Part shown: positions 1-13,679 of the stretch, one piece after another
Layout of the letters: each line of letters begins with the position of its first letter
Position numbering within the stretch: the first letter of the stretch is position 1
Position numbers and translations under genes: made by a program
Assembly: GCF_030684315.1 (NCBI RefSeq)
Contig: NC_081395.1
Location: 5,648,478 to 5,712,477 of the forward strand
Direction of reading: 5' to 3'
DNA length: 64,000 nucleotides
Source: Stegostoma tigrinum
Taxonomy: Eukaryota
The notes under the pieces: generated by a model
What the model was told of the DNA's origin: nothing
What the model saw: only the letters and a program-made list of their open reading frames with translations
Database searches by the model: none

Positions 1-262
1 GTTTAAACAGAGGAGAAAGATTTTGAAAAGGACCCAGAGGCAACTTTTTCCCCCACAGAGTGTAGTTTGTATGTGAAATGAACTGCCAGAGGAAGTGGTA
101 GACACAGGTACTGTTATGACATTTAAGACATTTTCACAGGTACACAAATAGTAAAGTGGAGGGAAATGGGCCAAATGCAGGCAGAGGGGACTAGTTTGGT
201 TTAGGGAATTTGGTCAGCGTAGGCAAGTTATACCAGAGGATCTGTTTGACTGTTACATCTCT
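1..262 (+). mobile_element. CR1/HER1-like LINE 3' fragment
   Basis: gggcaactttttc..cacagag..tgaactgccagaggaagtggtag tail, shared with copies at about 5900-6140, 13900-14150 and 41960-42220. Confidence 0.7.
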
Positions 263-334
263 ACAAGAGTGCCCAATAGGAGTGTGGGCTCAAACACCTT
301 CAGCTGTTTCAAATGGCAGTAAAGTCACTCAAAA

Positions 335-1125
335 ATGGCTATGTTTACTGATGTCTGTACAATGCTCAGCACCATTTGTGACTTCAGATACTGAAACAGT
401 CCACATCCAAATTCAGCAAGACATGGACATATCTAGCCTTGGATTGGCAAGCTAGTTTGATTTCCATGAAGAGGCAGGCAACAGCCACCTCCAAGAGAAT
501 CTGATCATAACCACTTTACATTCAATGGCATCACTGCTGCTGAATCCCACCAATTTCCTAGGGGTTAATATCAAACAGCTATTCAAATACTAACTGCAAA
601 TGGTGAGGAATTTGTGAAATTAACTCACCTCTTGACTCCCAAAGGTCTGCCCACAATTTACAAGGTTTAGGTCAGAATGTGATGGAATACTCCCTACTTG
701 CCTGGATGACAGGCTTGACACCATCCATGCAAAACAGAACACTGGAGCACCACATTCACTCTCCCACTACTGAAGCCCAGTGTATATCAAAAGACACTGC
801 AGCAAGTCACCAATACTCTTTAAAATCAACAATTTCAAAACCCACGACCTCTACCATCTTGAAGGACATGGGCAGCAGATACATGGGAACACCACACCCT
901 GCAAGCTCTCGTCAGACTCCCACTAACCCAAGAAAATATCCAGGTATACTTTTTCCCCCAGTGTTGCAGGATCAAAATCCTGGAACTCCATCCCTAACAG
1001 CACTGTCGCTCCCTATTCCAAGGACTGGGGTGGATCAAGGCAGCAGTTCATCTTCAAAGGCAACTAAGGATGGACATTAAATGCTGGCCCAGCAATCAAA
1101 GCCTACCTTCTATGAATGATTTAAA
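335..1125 (+). mobile_element. Decayed CR1/L2-type LINE 3' fragment
   Basis: RT-end-like sequence and the tail ...aaggcagcagttca...ggcaactaaggatggacattaaatgctggcccagc, also seen at about 15650-16030, 22700-23030, 31560-31840 and 34540-35080. Confidence 0.6.
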
Positions 1126-1402
1126 AACACCACAAAAAGGCAGACTGCAACTTGGTGGCCAAGCAGTCAAAGTTTGGTGACTCACTGAACTCTGATGCTT
1201 ACTTTACTGGGTAACATAGCATGTTGAACATTCTCATCCTTTTGTGAAGCGAAAGCTTCCTGACAGGAGTGATCAAAATTATTCGCATAAGCATCATTCA
1301 GCTAGTGTTGTGGTTACAGGCATTCACAGCACCGCCACGCCTGCCACCACCCCCCTCCCCCCATCAAACCCCAGTACTAAACCAAGCTCAGTGGGGTCAT
1401 AC

Positions 1403-1685
1403 CTTCTATTCCATGGTCTATCAGTACAGATGGAGACAGTATCAACAGATCTTGGGGCCAGTTGCCATCCAACAAAACAGTGTTTTCTGGGGAGGAAGAT
1501 GAGGAATCCGAATCAAGGTCCAAGTAGCACCGGTAGCGATTGCAGAGGGTGCAGTACGGTGGTGTTCCACTGGGCCCCTGTGGGTAAGGTACTGTCTCTT
1601 TCTGCAGGTAGCTTCTGATTGCACCACTGTGGTGAGCTGGGCGGTCTCTGTGCCATATATAGTGGCATGGGATAGTAGCAATCAC
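1403..1685 (-). CDS. SPDYC: Speedy/RINGO coding exon 5 (VIATIPCHYIWHRDRPAHHSGAIRSY...); 3' end uncertain
   Basis: Acceptor tcaag before 1685; HYIW.RDR..HHSGA motif. It either splices at gtatga after 1403 to an exon I could not identify, or reads through to TAG at 1377-1379. Confidence 0.8.
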
Positions 1686-1994
1686 CTTGATTGAAAGGCA
1701 AAGGGCAGTAAAGTCACAGCAAGTAAACAATATAACGGACAGCACAAAAACTCAATGCCAGAAACTGAAGTGAGCAATAATTCAAACTGCACTTAAGTGC
1801 AGTGGTCCCTCTCTTCCACCCTCTGCCTCAGACATGGAGGCCTGTGGCTCAGCTAAGCAAGTTCAGACCTACTTCCCAACAAGTGTACTGTAGTGGTCTG
1901 CAACACAAAGCCCTTGGTTCAAAACTGCACAGAATCATTGAAACAGCAGCACAGATTCTTTTATAAACTTCTTGCCAGGCAGCCAGGCCTTCAG

Positions 1995-2330
1995 CGTAGA
2001 GTTTCATAGAATCCTTAGAATGGAATCAGACCACAGCCTGTCAAGTCCCACCAACCCTCCAAAGAGAATCCACCCAGACCCACCCCATAACCCACTCTTG
2101 CATTTACCCAAGGTTATCCCACCCAGCCTGCACATCCCTGGAAACAATGGCAATTCAGCATGGCCAATCCATCTAAGCTGCACAGCTTTGGACTGCACAA
2201 GGAAACCAGAACACCAGGAAGGAATCCCATGCATACACAGGGAGAATGGAGTTGCACACAGAGACCCAAAGCTGGAATCAGACCCAGGTTCCTGGTGCTG
2301 AGAGGCAGCAGTGTTAGCCACTGAGCTACC
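1995..2330 (-). mobile_element. HE1-like SINE
   Basis: Reverse complement of the same head and core (tttggactgc...gagaggcagcagtgttagccactgagc). Confidence 0.7.
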
Positions 2331-3045
2331 TAGCTCAGCTTAACAGAAAACACCAGGCTAGCCCACAATTTGGGTAGCAGTGAATAGTGAGCAGAGATCA
2401 GAACCCCACAGGAACTGTTAAGAGAATAACATTCAAAGTAACTCACTCACCCAGAGCTAAAAATATGCCCAAAACCAGTGTATCAATCCACTTACATTTT
2501 TCCAACTGGCAATCGTAGCTATTTATGATGACCTGGATTAGACAACAGTTTGAAAGAAAAAAAAAATCAAGAGCTAAAAGTGAGGCAGCAAGGAGGAATT
2601 CTAACCCCTCCTCAGTTATGGTCTTAAGAAAATTGTCCACCCCATAGACAGCAGAAGCAGCAAGTCACTGCATTTTTGTAAGGCAGAGGTAGAGTTATTT
2701 TCTATATCAACTTGTCTCAGATGTAATGTCATATGTCCAGAGCAGGCCAGAGTTGAACTCAGGTCTCCTAGCTCAGACGTACAGGCACTACCACTTCTGC
2801 TTTGAAGTAATTCTCAGCAGAGTACAAGATTCCTGGCTAACAAGGGAGTCAGCATTTTTAGGGAACAGGCAGGGACATGGAGTTGAGGCTCCAGCTGGAT
2901 CAGCTATGATCATATTGAATGGCAGAGAAGACTGGAGTGGCCCACACTTCATCCTAATTCAACAGGATCAAGGAGCTATCAGCAAGATGTGCAGAAAAGC
3001 AGTAACGTTACCCTGAAGTTACAATCATCAAGCCCAGCACATCAC

Positions 3046-3217
3046 CTCCTCACAGCATCGCCTGCTGACAGCCGCCTTGTAGTTCATCCGAGCCCACAGG
3101 TCCAGCCGCAATTTGAGGAAATTTGGCACAAGCTTCCTCCAGTTGTCACCCAATGCCCACGGAAATATCTCATACTTGTACTGTTCCTCATCCTCTTCCA
3201 TGTCATTTGCCAGGTAC
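3046..3217 (-). CDS. SPDYC: Speedy/RINGO coding exon 4 ([23 protein letters not shown]...[10 protein letters not shown])
   Basis: 172-bp exon bounded by ctgcag and gtgatg; contains the most conserved Speedy motif. Confidence 0.92.
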
Positions 3218-3719
3218 CTGCAGGACGAAAAAATTATAAAAGACTTGCCACCAGTTAACACTTAAGAATTCAGCTTACTTGGAAGATAAAATCAGTTCAA
3301 AGTGTTATTAAATGTCAGAATTATAATGGAGGCAGCCATTTTGACTATTTCGTGAAAGCAAAAATCTAAAGCAGGAACTGGGACCTCCCCAGTCAAATTT
3401 TGTTTTGGTATTTTCCTAAAGAGTTCACATGATTCTCTTCCTCCTGTCCCCCAACTGAAAAGACTGATTTCAAAGCTCAGGTTAACTGCAATAACAAAAT
3501 CCATGCCCCTTTACATCAATGGTCGCAAATGGCAATTTTGGGTAAACTGAAGGCAACTTGGTGCTTTTCTTCCCCTCCGTCATCTCCACTTTAAAGACTG
3601 GCTGTTGAGCCAATCAACACTTGGAGCCAACCCTGGTGTGTGGGCATAGGGGAACAGGAGAATATATTGCAACAATATGACGGCTTTAGTATTCTAGTTA
3701 ACCTAGTTTTCCTTTAACT

Positions 3720-6140
3720 CAAGGAACTATGCATGTGCACCCCTGGTCTCCATTCAGCAACACTCCCTAGGACCCTACCATTAACTGTACATGTCCTGTT
3801 CTGGTTTGCCTTACTAAAATGCAACATCCCATTTATCTAAATTAAGCTCCATTTGCTGCTCCTTGGCCCATTGGCTCAATGGATCAACGTGCTGTTGTAC
3901 TCAGATGGCTGAAGATGTTGAGATTCCGGTCAAGAATAAGGAGACATACATTAAGCATAGACAAATGGGATCATAGGGAATATCCTGAATAGTAATAGGG
4001 TGTAGGGGGCAAAAAAAATTCAGGAGAGCAAGTGAGATGCAAGATAAGGTCCTGTCAAGGCTAAAGGTCAATCCAGAAGAGATTCTACAAGTACATTAAA
4101 ATCAGGGTGGTTCTGTGGTTAGCACTGCTGCCTCAGGACCAGGAACCTGGGTTTGATTCCACCCTGTTGAGTTTGCACAATCAACGCTTTCTTCTCCCCC
4201 CCCCCCCACCACCACCACAAATTGGGTGCTCTGGTTTCCTCCCACAGTCCAAAGATGACTAGGTGCAGTGGCCATGCTAAACTGCCCAGTGTTCTGGGAT
4301 GTGTAGGTTAGGTGGGCTAGCCATGGGAAATACAGAGATAGGGTAGGTGGATAAGCTTGCATGAGATGCTGTTCAGAGGGTTGGTGTGGACTTGTTGGGC
4401 CAAGTGACCTGTTTGCACTTGTAGGGATTCTAGCAAATTCTAAGACAGAATAGGGTCCCTTAAAGATCAACAAGGTCATTACATAATGGAACCACAGGAG
4501 TCAGGAGAGAGATACCAAGATATTTCAGTTAGTGGAGAGATACCTGGAAGCTAGTGAACTCAAATATTGATATCTTGAAAACAGTCCACATTACAAGAGG
4601 TGGCGTTGGACTTTACAGAAAAGAAAACAGTAGATGAATCTTTAGGACCTGATGAAGCGTATCCTGGAACACTGTGGGAAGCTAGGGAAGAAACTGCAAG
4701 GCTCCCAGCAGCAATACTGTATAAGTGACCATTGTTGAGGTATCGAAGGACTGGAGAGTGGTTAATGTTGTGCCTTTATTTACAAAGGTTGCAAGGCCAA
4801 GCCTGCGAACTATAGACCAGTGAGTCACTGGTGATTAATTTGTTCGAGGAGATTGAAAATAGGATTTCTATGCATTGGGGGAGGCAAGGACCAACAAGGG
4901 ATAATAAGCATAGCTTTGTGTATCAGAAATCTCTCTAGTTTTTTTTTTGAAAAATGTTATGAAAAGATGACAGCAGAGTGGTAGACATTGACTTGAAGAA
5001 ATCCTTTGACCAGGTTTCATGCTGTAGACTAATTAGTAAAGCTAGATCTCATGGGATTCAAGAGAGATCTTGCCAACTGGATACAAAAGTAGCTTGACAG
5101 TAAGAGGCAGACTATATAGTGGGGAGGGCTGTTTTTCAGACTGAAGGCCTGTGACCAGTGGTATCCTGCAGGTACTGGTGCTGGGTCAACTGTTAGTCAT
5201 TTAGATAAATGAATTGGATGAGAATTTATGAAGCATAATTACTAAGTTTATGATGACACCAAAATTGGTGGTATGGTGGACAGTGCAGAAGGTTATCCAA
5301 GTCAGAAATCACACGATAGCTTATCATCCAACAGGTTTATTTGCAATCACACTCTCAGAACACTGCTCTGTTGTCAAATGGGCTGTCACATCTCCACAAA
5401 ATTATCTAAGATTACAAAGCGATCTTGATCAATTGGGTCAATGGGCTGAGGAGTGGCAGATGGACTTTAATTTGGACAAATGCAAGGTGTTGCATTTTGG
5501 TAAAACAACAAGGGCAGGGCTTGTACAATTAATATTGAGGACTGGGTAGTGTTGCTGAACAGAGATTCAGGGTACAGGTACACAGATCATTGAAAGTTCC
5601 ATCACAGGTAGATGGTGGTGAAGGAGTTTAGAACATTTGCTTTCACTGCACAGATCTCATGTTGGGGTTGCACAGAATGTTGGCGAGGCCACTTTGTCTC
5701 CAATTCTGGGGACTCTGCTATAGAGTGAGCATATTATCAAAATTGGAATGGTTCAGGAAAAATCTACTAGGACTAGATGGTATAGGGAGGGGCTGGGACT
5801 TCACCTAAGCACCACTCCTCCCAACCCAGTGACTAGCAAAGGTCGTTTGACCAGGGTAGTGAGTTCAAAACGGGGGGCATTTTTTAATGAGAGGAGTAAC
5901 ATTCAAAAAAGGTGAGGGGCAACTTTTCATACAGGAGGGTGGTTTGTACGTGGAATCAGCTGAGGGAAAAGTGGTTGATGCGTGTACAGTTAAAGACTTG
6001 AAAGACATCAGAATAGGTACAAGGATAGCAAAAGTTTAGAAGGATACAGCCAAACACAGGCAAGTTGACTAGTCAAGTTTTGGTAACTTGATTAGCATGG
6101 ACTAGTTGGACTGAAGAGTGTTTGAGCTGTATGACTATCA
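3720..6140 (+). mobile_element. Long decayed CR1/HER1-like LINE (RT region to 3' end) with an inserted SINE
   Basis: Remnants NYRPVS, DDTKIGG and LQSDLDQLGQWAEEWQMDFNLDKCKVLHFGK; many frameshifts. Confidence 0.8.
4104..4432 (+). mobile_element. HE1-like tRNA-derived SINE
   Basis: gtggttagcactgctgcctca...ggtttgattcc head, ggtttcctcccacagtccaaagatg core, gtagggattcta tail. Confidence 0.75.
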
Positions 6141-6274
6141 AAGACTTAGAGTCACAACTGTCTTGTAGGTGCAAACCAAAGGGAAAAATAGATTTTGGCC
6201 ACTGGACTAGACAACAAGCAAATAACCCAATCCTACAAGATGTTGATTGCCACAATTAAGACATGTGTACTTAC

Positions 6275-6360
6275 AATGCCAAGAAGAAGTTCATTCTGGA
6301 GTACTGACTTGTGTGAAGCTCTGCACGTTTGAAGTAAGTCAAGACCATGGCCAATAAATA
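6275..6360 (-). CDS. SPDYC: Speedy/RINGO coding exon 3 (YLLAMVLTYFKRAELHTSQYSRMNFFLAL)
   Basis: 86-bp exon absent from the ORF track; bounded by tttcag and gtaagt; supplies the missing part of the Speedy box. Confidence 0.9.
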
Positions 6361-7614
6361 CTGAAAGAGAATTGGGAATTCAGATACAACAAGTGGAGTG
6401 AGTGAGACTTACAGGAATCAAACATGTATTGCAGGATCCTAGATTAGCCAACTTAGTTCTGCAGCTGGGACACTTCAAAACCTTGGTGTGATCCCACTCC
6501 TGTGTGGTGTACTGTCTCACAAAGAATCAAGGAACAAAAATAGAACAAGTTTGGTTTGTAAGCCTCCCATGATAGAAAAAGTCCATTAACAGCACTATTG
6601 AAACCTTTTCCTAAACCAACGATACCGTCAGTGTAATGTTGTAGAACTAAAAAAGTAACTGATAAACACCGGTACGTTGCAGGTGCACATTGTGCCCCCA
6701 TTTCAGAATGCTTTGAACCGCTGTCTTTTGTAAAATAAAGTTGAAAGGCCAAGAGAAAATCTGAAAAAGTAAACTCAGCTCATCACCCAGTTAGTCAAGG
6801 CACTGTGCAACATTCTGATATCCATTAGGTCACAGAGATACATTTACTGACTCAATTGTATAGTCTGTGCCTTGTAATAGAGAGGGATAGCTGCACATAT
6901 TATTACTGAACAGTTGCTACAATATGGAGTGACTGGTTTAGGTTGAGGATGCTGCCAGTCGACAGACAAATTGCATAGCAGGAGCTAATTACTGCAGATG
7001 CTGGAATCTTATTTAGAGAAGAATGCAAAAAAAATGCTGGAGATCACAGGTCAGGCAGCATCCATGGACAGACAGCAAGCCAATATTGCAAGTCACTTTG
7101 AAGAGGTGACTAGATGCAAAATATGACCTTGTTCTCTCCATGGATGCTACCTGACCTCCAGCACTTTTTTAAAAAAAAAACTGACCGTACAGGCAGATGC
7201 CAGAGTCGTCACTAAAGAGTGACTGAAGGCCAAGGACACATGGTTTGACTAGGATCAGAACGACAACTGGTCTGCCAAAGCAGGTGACTACCTGCAGAGT
7301 GATGCCAACAGGCTGTTGTCACTCCTAAGACTGAAATAAAATGGCATCACTTCCCATAACACCTGTAGCTCTGAAGTGATAGCACATCAGATATTCAAAT
7401 ATAGATTTCTGAAAATTTAAAGTCAGAAAGCCTTGGGACTTAATTCAGGCAGATATAAAAAGTGAGAACTCATTAAACCACAGAACAGCAACTTAATGGT
7501 TCTGAACCAAACACCATGTTAGGCTTTTTTTTTGGGGAGGGAAGAAGCAGGGCAGGGCAGGATGCTTACCATCAGATACTGCTCAGATGCCTGCAGTGTA
7601 CGCAAAACCCTCAA

Positions 7615-7850
7615 AAAAATGTGGAAGCAGGCCATTGGGCCCATGAAGTCCACAGCAAAAACTGCCAAACAGCATCCCACCCAGACCCAAACCCCCATAT
7701 CCTATCCACGTCACCCTGTGTTTCCCATTGCTACTCTAGTAGGTCACACATCCTTGGACACTGAGCAATTCAGCATAGCCAAACCATCTAACCTGCACAT
7801 GTTTGGACTGTGGGAGGAAACCCACACAGTACATGCAAACTCTGCAGAGA
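7615..7850 (-). mobile_element. HE1-like SINE fragment
   Basis: ccatctaacctgcacatgtttggactgtgggaggaaacc core. Confidence 0.7.
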
Positions 7851-7950
7851 GCTGAGTAATAGTGTTAGTTTCAGGACTGCCTGAACATTTGAACTGCTCA
7901 CTTTCAAGCCCCGCATACCAGCAGCATGCACGATGGCCACTCCCCAGTAC

Positions 7951-8009
7951 CTTATCTGCAATTCGGCAGCAACTGTCCATCCAGAGGAAATCCTGAATCA
8001 CCTCATCAT
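7951..8009 (-). CDS. SPDYC: Speedy/RINGO coding exon 2 (DDEVIQDFLWMDSCCRIADK)
   Basis: 59-bp exon bounded by cttgcag and gtactg, in frame with its neighbours. Confidence 0.9.
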
Positions 8010-10129
8010 CTGCAAGAAATAAAATTCAGACCAAACATAGCAAGCTACCAAATGCAGGTATGTAGCAAAACATTGGGCAGTTTGTTCTAGTTTCATAGTG
8101 AATACAGCAGGATGCCCACTGCAAGTTGCATAGTCATTTCAAAAGGTCACTGCTGGACTTAAGGCAGGAAGAAAAAAAACCACGATCAAACATGACTGCC
8201 CTTGAACTTTTGCAGGCTATTCCTATCACCATTTTCAATTCCTCCTCATCTCCACCCTGAATGGGACACCCTTTATACTCAAACTGTACCCAAGTTTTGA
8301 ATCTTAACCTCCAATTATTCACCATTTTTAATCAAACCTCACTGGAATGGGTAAGGGGTGCTAATGGTTTTCAACTGAAAAATTGAAGAGGGGTGGTCCT
8401 TTGAAGTTAAGCTCTACATTTAGCAGAACTGCACATACCCCTTGGCACACTTCTGCTCCCTTGAGGGCAATAATAACCATTAAGAAACACAGTCATGTGG
8501 CACCAAGTTGAACATGCATTTTTATCCACACATTATCCCCACACAACATTTAACTGGGTATCAGAGGTAAAGTTTAGCTCTAATCTACCACCTCTAACCA
8601 GCCCTCATCCTCCCCCAGTATTTCAAGACAGCATTTGAATGCAGCACTAGGGTGCCCTCTGGTGGTCTGGAGTTGTAGCAGACTCAGAGCTACAAACCCT
8701 TGCTCATGACCGCAGGAGTCCCCAAAAAAAAAACATCCTCACCCAGCCACCTGAAATCATTCCAGTCTTGTGGAATTCTCCACCATAGAGCGAGTCTTTC
8801 AAATGTATATAAATATTGGAATGGATACACTTGCAAACAGTCAGGGACTCAAGGGAACATAAAAGCAGAGAGAGGCTAATATCAGATCAGCTCATTATCT
8901 TAGTCAATAATGAAAGTTGACCAAAGGTGATAACTCCTGCCCAAATATTTTCATATAAATATTAGCATTTTAATCAGTACTTCAAACTATATAACATACT
9001 ACAGCATGGCTCACAATGTCACAACATCTACATTTGCAAAATAGGCAAACTTGACAATCTATACACAAGATTCCAGTGTCACCAGATAAGTGACCAGTTT
9101 CCTTCCATAGTCAGAGCAACAGGAACATTTGAGTTTCTCTGGACTGTGCAGTGGGATCTACATCACACTGCATCCCAATATCACCACTCTAATCTCCTTT
9201 AATTACACAGCATGGAGTACCATTGAATGAGGAAGCATGGCCATCATTATGTTGATAAAATGGGCACAGGCAATAGATACCCAGTTAGTGAGATCTCCAA
9301 CATATTCAATGAAACTAAATAAAGTTTTAGAAAAAATGTCAAATCCATGAAAATAAATGAATAGTAGGATGCAGGGGTGAGGGGGAACAAGTTAAGTTTC
9401 AAAGATAGATTGATGGTCCACAATGTTTGAAGTGAGTTAATATAAAAATGGTAGAACACAAGACTCTTATTTGGGAATTAAACCAGCTTTTCTGGATTTC
9501 TACTCTTTCAAAGTCAAATGAAGATCATGGTTTTCAAAGCAGTTAGGTATTTTAGTCCAACCTTTGTGCTCTTAATCACAACGTAATGAAGGAAGGTTCA
9601 GAACAGAAACAGAATCACCAATCACCTTTAAAAATGCACTGATCTGGCACAGGACAGATTTGTGAAGAATTAGGTGGACATATTACCCTTTCACAAGTTC
9701 AACGTTGATGATCAGGAGCAGATGCATGCGGAGCCACCAGAAGTACTGTTCTGGAGTAGCAGCAAGACTCAGTTGACCTCAAAGGTGGCAATTTTAATCC
9801 TGGCTTGGCATTTTAACAAGTCTAGACTGCTACCAACACATTGCAGGGAGAGCAGAGTGCAGTCATCCTCTGGAATATGGTTAAATCTGGCACCAATCAC
9901 CTTGTTCAAACAGGTAAGAACAGAACAACTAGGAGTGGGTCTTCAGCCCCTTGAGGCTGCTTTTTTTAAAAAAGCTGATCAGATTGTGGCCTCAATTCAA
10001 CTTTCCAACATGACCATCTTTCCCTGCCCATGAATCCATCAGAGTTCGCCTAATTCAGTCTAGGGTACATCCAGAGATCCAGCTCCCACTGCTTACCTGA
10101 AGATAATTCTACAAGCTAATGACCTCAAA

Positions 10130-10835
10130 AATTGGGGCTCTGGTCAAGAATAAGGAGTCATATTAGGTGTTGCAACTGGATCAAGTGAATTGCTCGAACA
10201 CAAGTGGCGTAGGGGCATTCCAGAGGGAAATCAAGGGGACAAAAAGGGGATGAAATAGCCTTGGCATACAAAGGTTAAGGAGAATCCAGAGATTCCACAC
10301 GTACATTTACAGCAAGACAGCAACTATGGAGAGAATGGGGCCTCAGAGATCAATGGGCTTCTCCATGCGTAGAATCACATGAGATGTAAGAGATAGTGAA
10401 CAAATATTTTCACATCAGTTTTTACTGTGGAAAGATATAGAAGCTAGAAAACTTAGAAATGAATATTGAGGTCTTGAAAATAATTTACATTAAAAGGCAG
10501 GAGGCTAATGCTGGCGATCTTAAAAAGTAAAAGGTGAATAAATTTCCAGAACCTGATCAAGTGTATCCCTGGTCACTCTAGGAAGTTAAAGAAATTACAG
10601 GGGTCCCACTCAGATGTACATTTCATCCACAGCTGTAGGTGAGGGTGGTTTGTGTGGAATAGACTAAGAAGTAGTGGCAGATGCAGGTACAGTTACATTT
10701 ACTATACAAGACATTTTGATAGGTGGTTAGTGAATGTTTAGAGGGATATGAGCCAAATACTGGCTAGTGGGACTAGATTAGTTGGGAAAACTTGGTCAAC
10801 GTGGTCAAGTTGGACTAAAGGGTCCGTTTCTTTGC
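10130..10835 (+). mobile_element. CR1/HER1-like LINE fragment
   Basis: Homologous to the 3920-4750 and 5930-6130 segments. Confidence 0.65.
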
Positions 10836-12049
10836 TGAATGATGAGACTCCAAGAGATTCCTCCCCATCTCCATCCTGAATGGGACACCCTTTATACTCA
10901 CACTGTACCCAAGTTTTGAATTTTAACCTCCAACTATTCAAAGCTGTCCAGTTCAATTTTAGAAAAGTTCACGTCTCAGGTTTTCAACTCCTTCAATGAG
11001 TTTTCCCTTTCCATCCCGAATTATAGGGTTGTTAAAGTCGTGCACTTCAAATTTGGATTTCTGGTATGCCCTATTTGCTTTACTCCACTGTTGGTCTTCA
11101 GCTCCTGAGCTGCAGAAATGGGCTTCCCTCCATCTCTCCCACTCTTTTTAAAAAAGGTACCTTTTCAAAAAAGGGCTAATTTCCCATAGTCTCCAAAGAA
11201 TATCGTCAAGCATCTTTATCACATTTTGCTCAAGAACACCACAATGAAGTGCCTCACAGCATATTTTAGAAAAGAAAACAATGTGAATTGCTCAATGCTG
11301 ATCAATGTTAATCCTTCAGAAATCAATGATTCAAGACAGAACTTCAGCTCATTGCTGCTCAAGGATAGTCGCTGAAAGAATGGCAGCTAGTGAACTGTGA
11401 CTGCAGTTCTAAAATTAACTGCACTTGCTGAATGCGTTTATTTTGCGCAGTTCAGAGCTACTTTATCCCATCAGTACTGTGCCATGCTGAACTAGCAGCT
11501 GTTCTCATGGTTATTTCAACATGCCATGGAATCACAGGCAAAAGTATTTTCATTTTTAATATACCATATCTACATGACTGCATACATCCCACCAGAACAA
11601 GTTAGAAGATTGATGCAGTATTGGTGAAAAAATTGCTTTCATTGAAAACACTATACAAGTCAAGATATCTTCAAGGTTCTGTGGCTGTCATTTCTAACTT
11701 TTTCCATTCCCATGAATGTTGAAGTAGTATGCATTATCCATTCCTAATTGCTCTGAGAAGGTAACAGTACACTGCTCCTTGGACTGTTGTAGTCCATCTG
11801 GTCTTGGTGAAAAATGGCTGATGCCTATATATTTTCACCCTTGCGCAATCAACACTCCTAGTAGTAAAGAAAAAAGGGCTAAACTACGTCCAGGCCAAGT
11901 GGTTTTAAATTCTCAACAATTTTTGGGCAAAACACTTCTGTCTCAGAGGCTGTGGGTTCAAGATCCACTCCAGAGACTCAGTACATGAGAAAAATTGTCT
12001 CAAACACCAAAGCAGTAATCAGAGGAGATATTAAACAGTATTTTGGCAG

Positions 12050-12655
12050 GTGCCTCAGTGCTAGGGAGGCAGGTTCAATCCCACCCTCTGCTAGACCATT
12101 GCTGTTTGCCCCACGTCTGTGTGGGTTTCCCCAACTGTCTAAAAGGTGACAAAGGTGGGTGAATTAGCGATGGGGAAATGTGGGTTAGGTCTGGGTGGGC
12201 TACTGTTTGGAGGGTCATTGTGGACTTGGTGCCCAGTGGCCTGTTTCTATACTGTAGGAAGTCAATGTTCTATGACGTCCTAAAACTAATACTTGGGAGT
12301 AGACAGGGTGTTCTCCCTGGTTTCCTGGGCAGAAAATGTATCCCCTAACATCATGGGAGGAGACACCGGGTCATTCTTTAGGCAGCACAATGACTCAGAG
12401 GTTAGCACCAGTGTCTCAGTGCCAGGGACTGGTTGTGTGGAGTTTACATGTTCTCCCAGTGTCTGTGGTATTTCCTCTGGGTGGCCCAGTTTCCTCCCAC
12501 AGTCCAAAGAAATACAGGTTAGGGTGGATTGACCATGAAAAAAGTGGAGTCATTGGGATCGGGTATGTGGTTGGGTCTGGGGGGAAAAGACACCGAGGGT
12601 TGGTGTGGACTCTGAAGGGCTGAATGGCTTGCTTCCACACTCTGGGAATTCCAAG
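12050..12655 (+). mobile_element. Two tandem HE1-like SINE copies
   Basis: gcctca..ggttcaatccc head at about 12052 and agtttcctcccacagtccaaaga core at about 12489. Confidence 0.65.
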
Positions 12656-13068
12656 GATTATCAGATTGTGGTTTTGTAGAACTTCATTATGCCGTTATGT
12701 CCTACTTTACAACAGAGGCAACACCTTTTGTCTAGAAAGCACTTGGATGTCCCAGGGCTAGGGAGTCATTCTGGGAAAGTGTAAACTTTTTATTAAAAGC
12801 TAGCTCAAATTCTAAGCTAAAGTATTAGACAGAACCCCTTTACACGCAACTAACTGGGGAAGTTAGTTAGTGCTATTGCAATATTTGGGCAGAGTTACAT
12901 ATTCCCTATTCAAATACTGAATGACCAGCTCCAATCTCCACTTATTTCAGTTCAACATGTCTACCCATTTGACAGTTACACATCCGTTATAACTGTGGTG
13001 CATGAAAGCAGAAATAAGACATTAGAACACGCTCATTCTACGTGAATAAAGTTAATTCAGAGACATAC

Positions 13069-13288
13069 CAAGGAGTTTAAGAAAGGCTTCCAACTCATGG
13101 TGCTGTATGATAAACGGAACGTCCTTGGAGACCTTTGACATCTTGCTGGATTCCCCTTCACCCCTCTCGTGTAGCCTAGGCTTCCGAACAACCAAATCCC
13201 GGCTCTGATGTGACAATTTTGAAACCCCTGGCTTCACCTGAACGGTGACCGAAGAGGGATTCTGAGCGCGGGTCTGGTTGTGCCTCAT
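13069..13288 (-). CDS. SPDYC: Speedy/RINGO first coding exon (MRHNQTRAQNPSSVTVQVKPG...ELEAFLKLL)
   Basis: ATG at 13288; acceptor ttgcag before 13317; phase-1 donor gtatgt after 13069; MRHNQ start typical of Speedy proteins. Confidence 0.85.
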
Positions 13289-13679
13289 GATGGTAAATGA
13301 GGGCAATTAGGGGTGGTCTGCAATATATACAAAAAACAGACCGATTAGCAGGTCCAAGGAAATCTCCACATTGTTTCTTGTGCAGAAAAGTACATGCATG
13401 ACAGTCATTGCTCAATTCTCCAGCAAGTCAGACTTAGCTTTTTTAAATTTTGTCTTGGGAGATTACTCCAAGACAGGTTCAACTTCTGCACAAATAGTTC
13501 AGAGGTCAAATTCAATGCTTTCCTGTCACCTCACTAGTAAGGATTTCCCAGCTCAGGGAATGTTCCAACCAACTTCAACCCAGGAGTGCAAGAAGGAGCT
13601 AAAAACTATTAAGTCAAATATTGATAGAATCCTAGACTAGCACATTATTTTGAAGATGGACTAACACATTCAATTCTTG

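Noticed and set aside
210-1080. Candidate terminal Speedy exon or independent ORFs near the window start
   Set aside because: The sequence is LINE-derived; no convincing in-frame exon was found.
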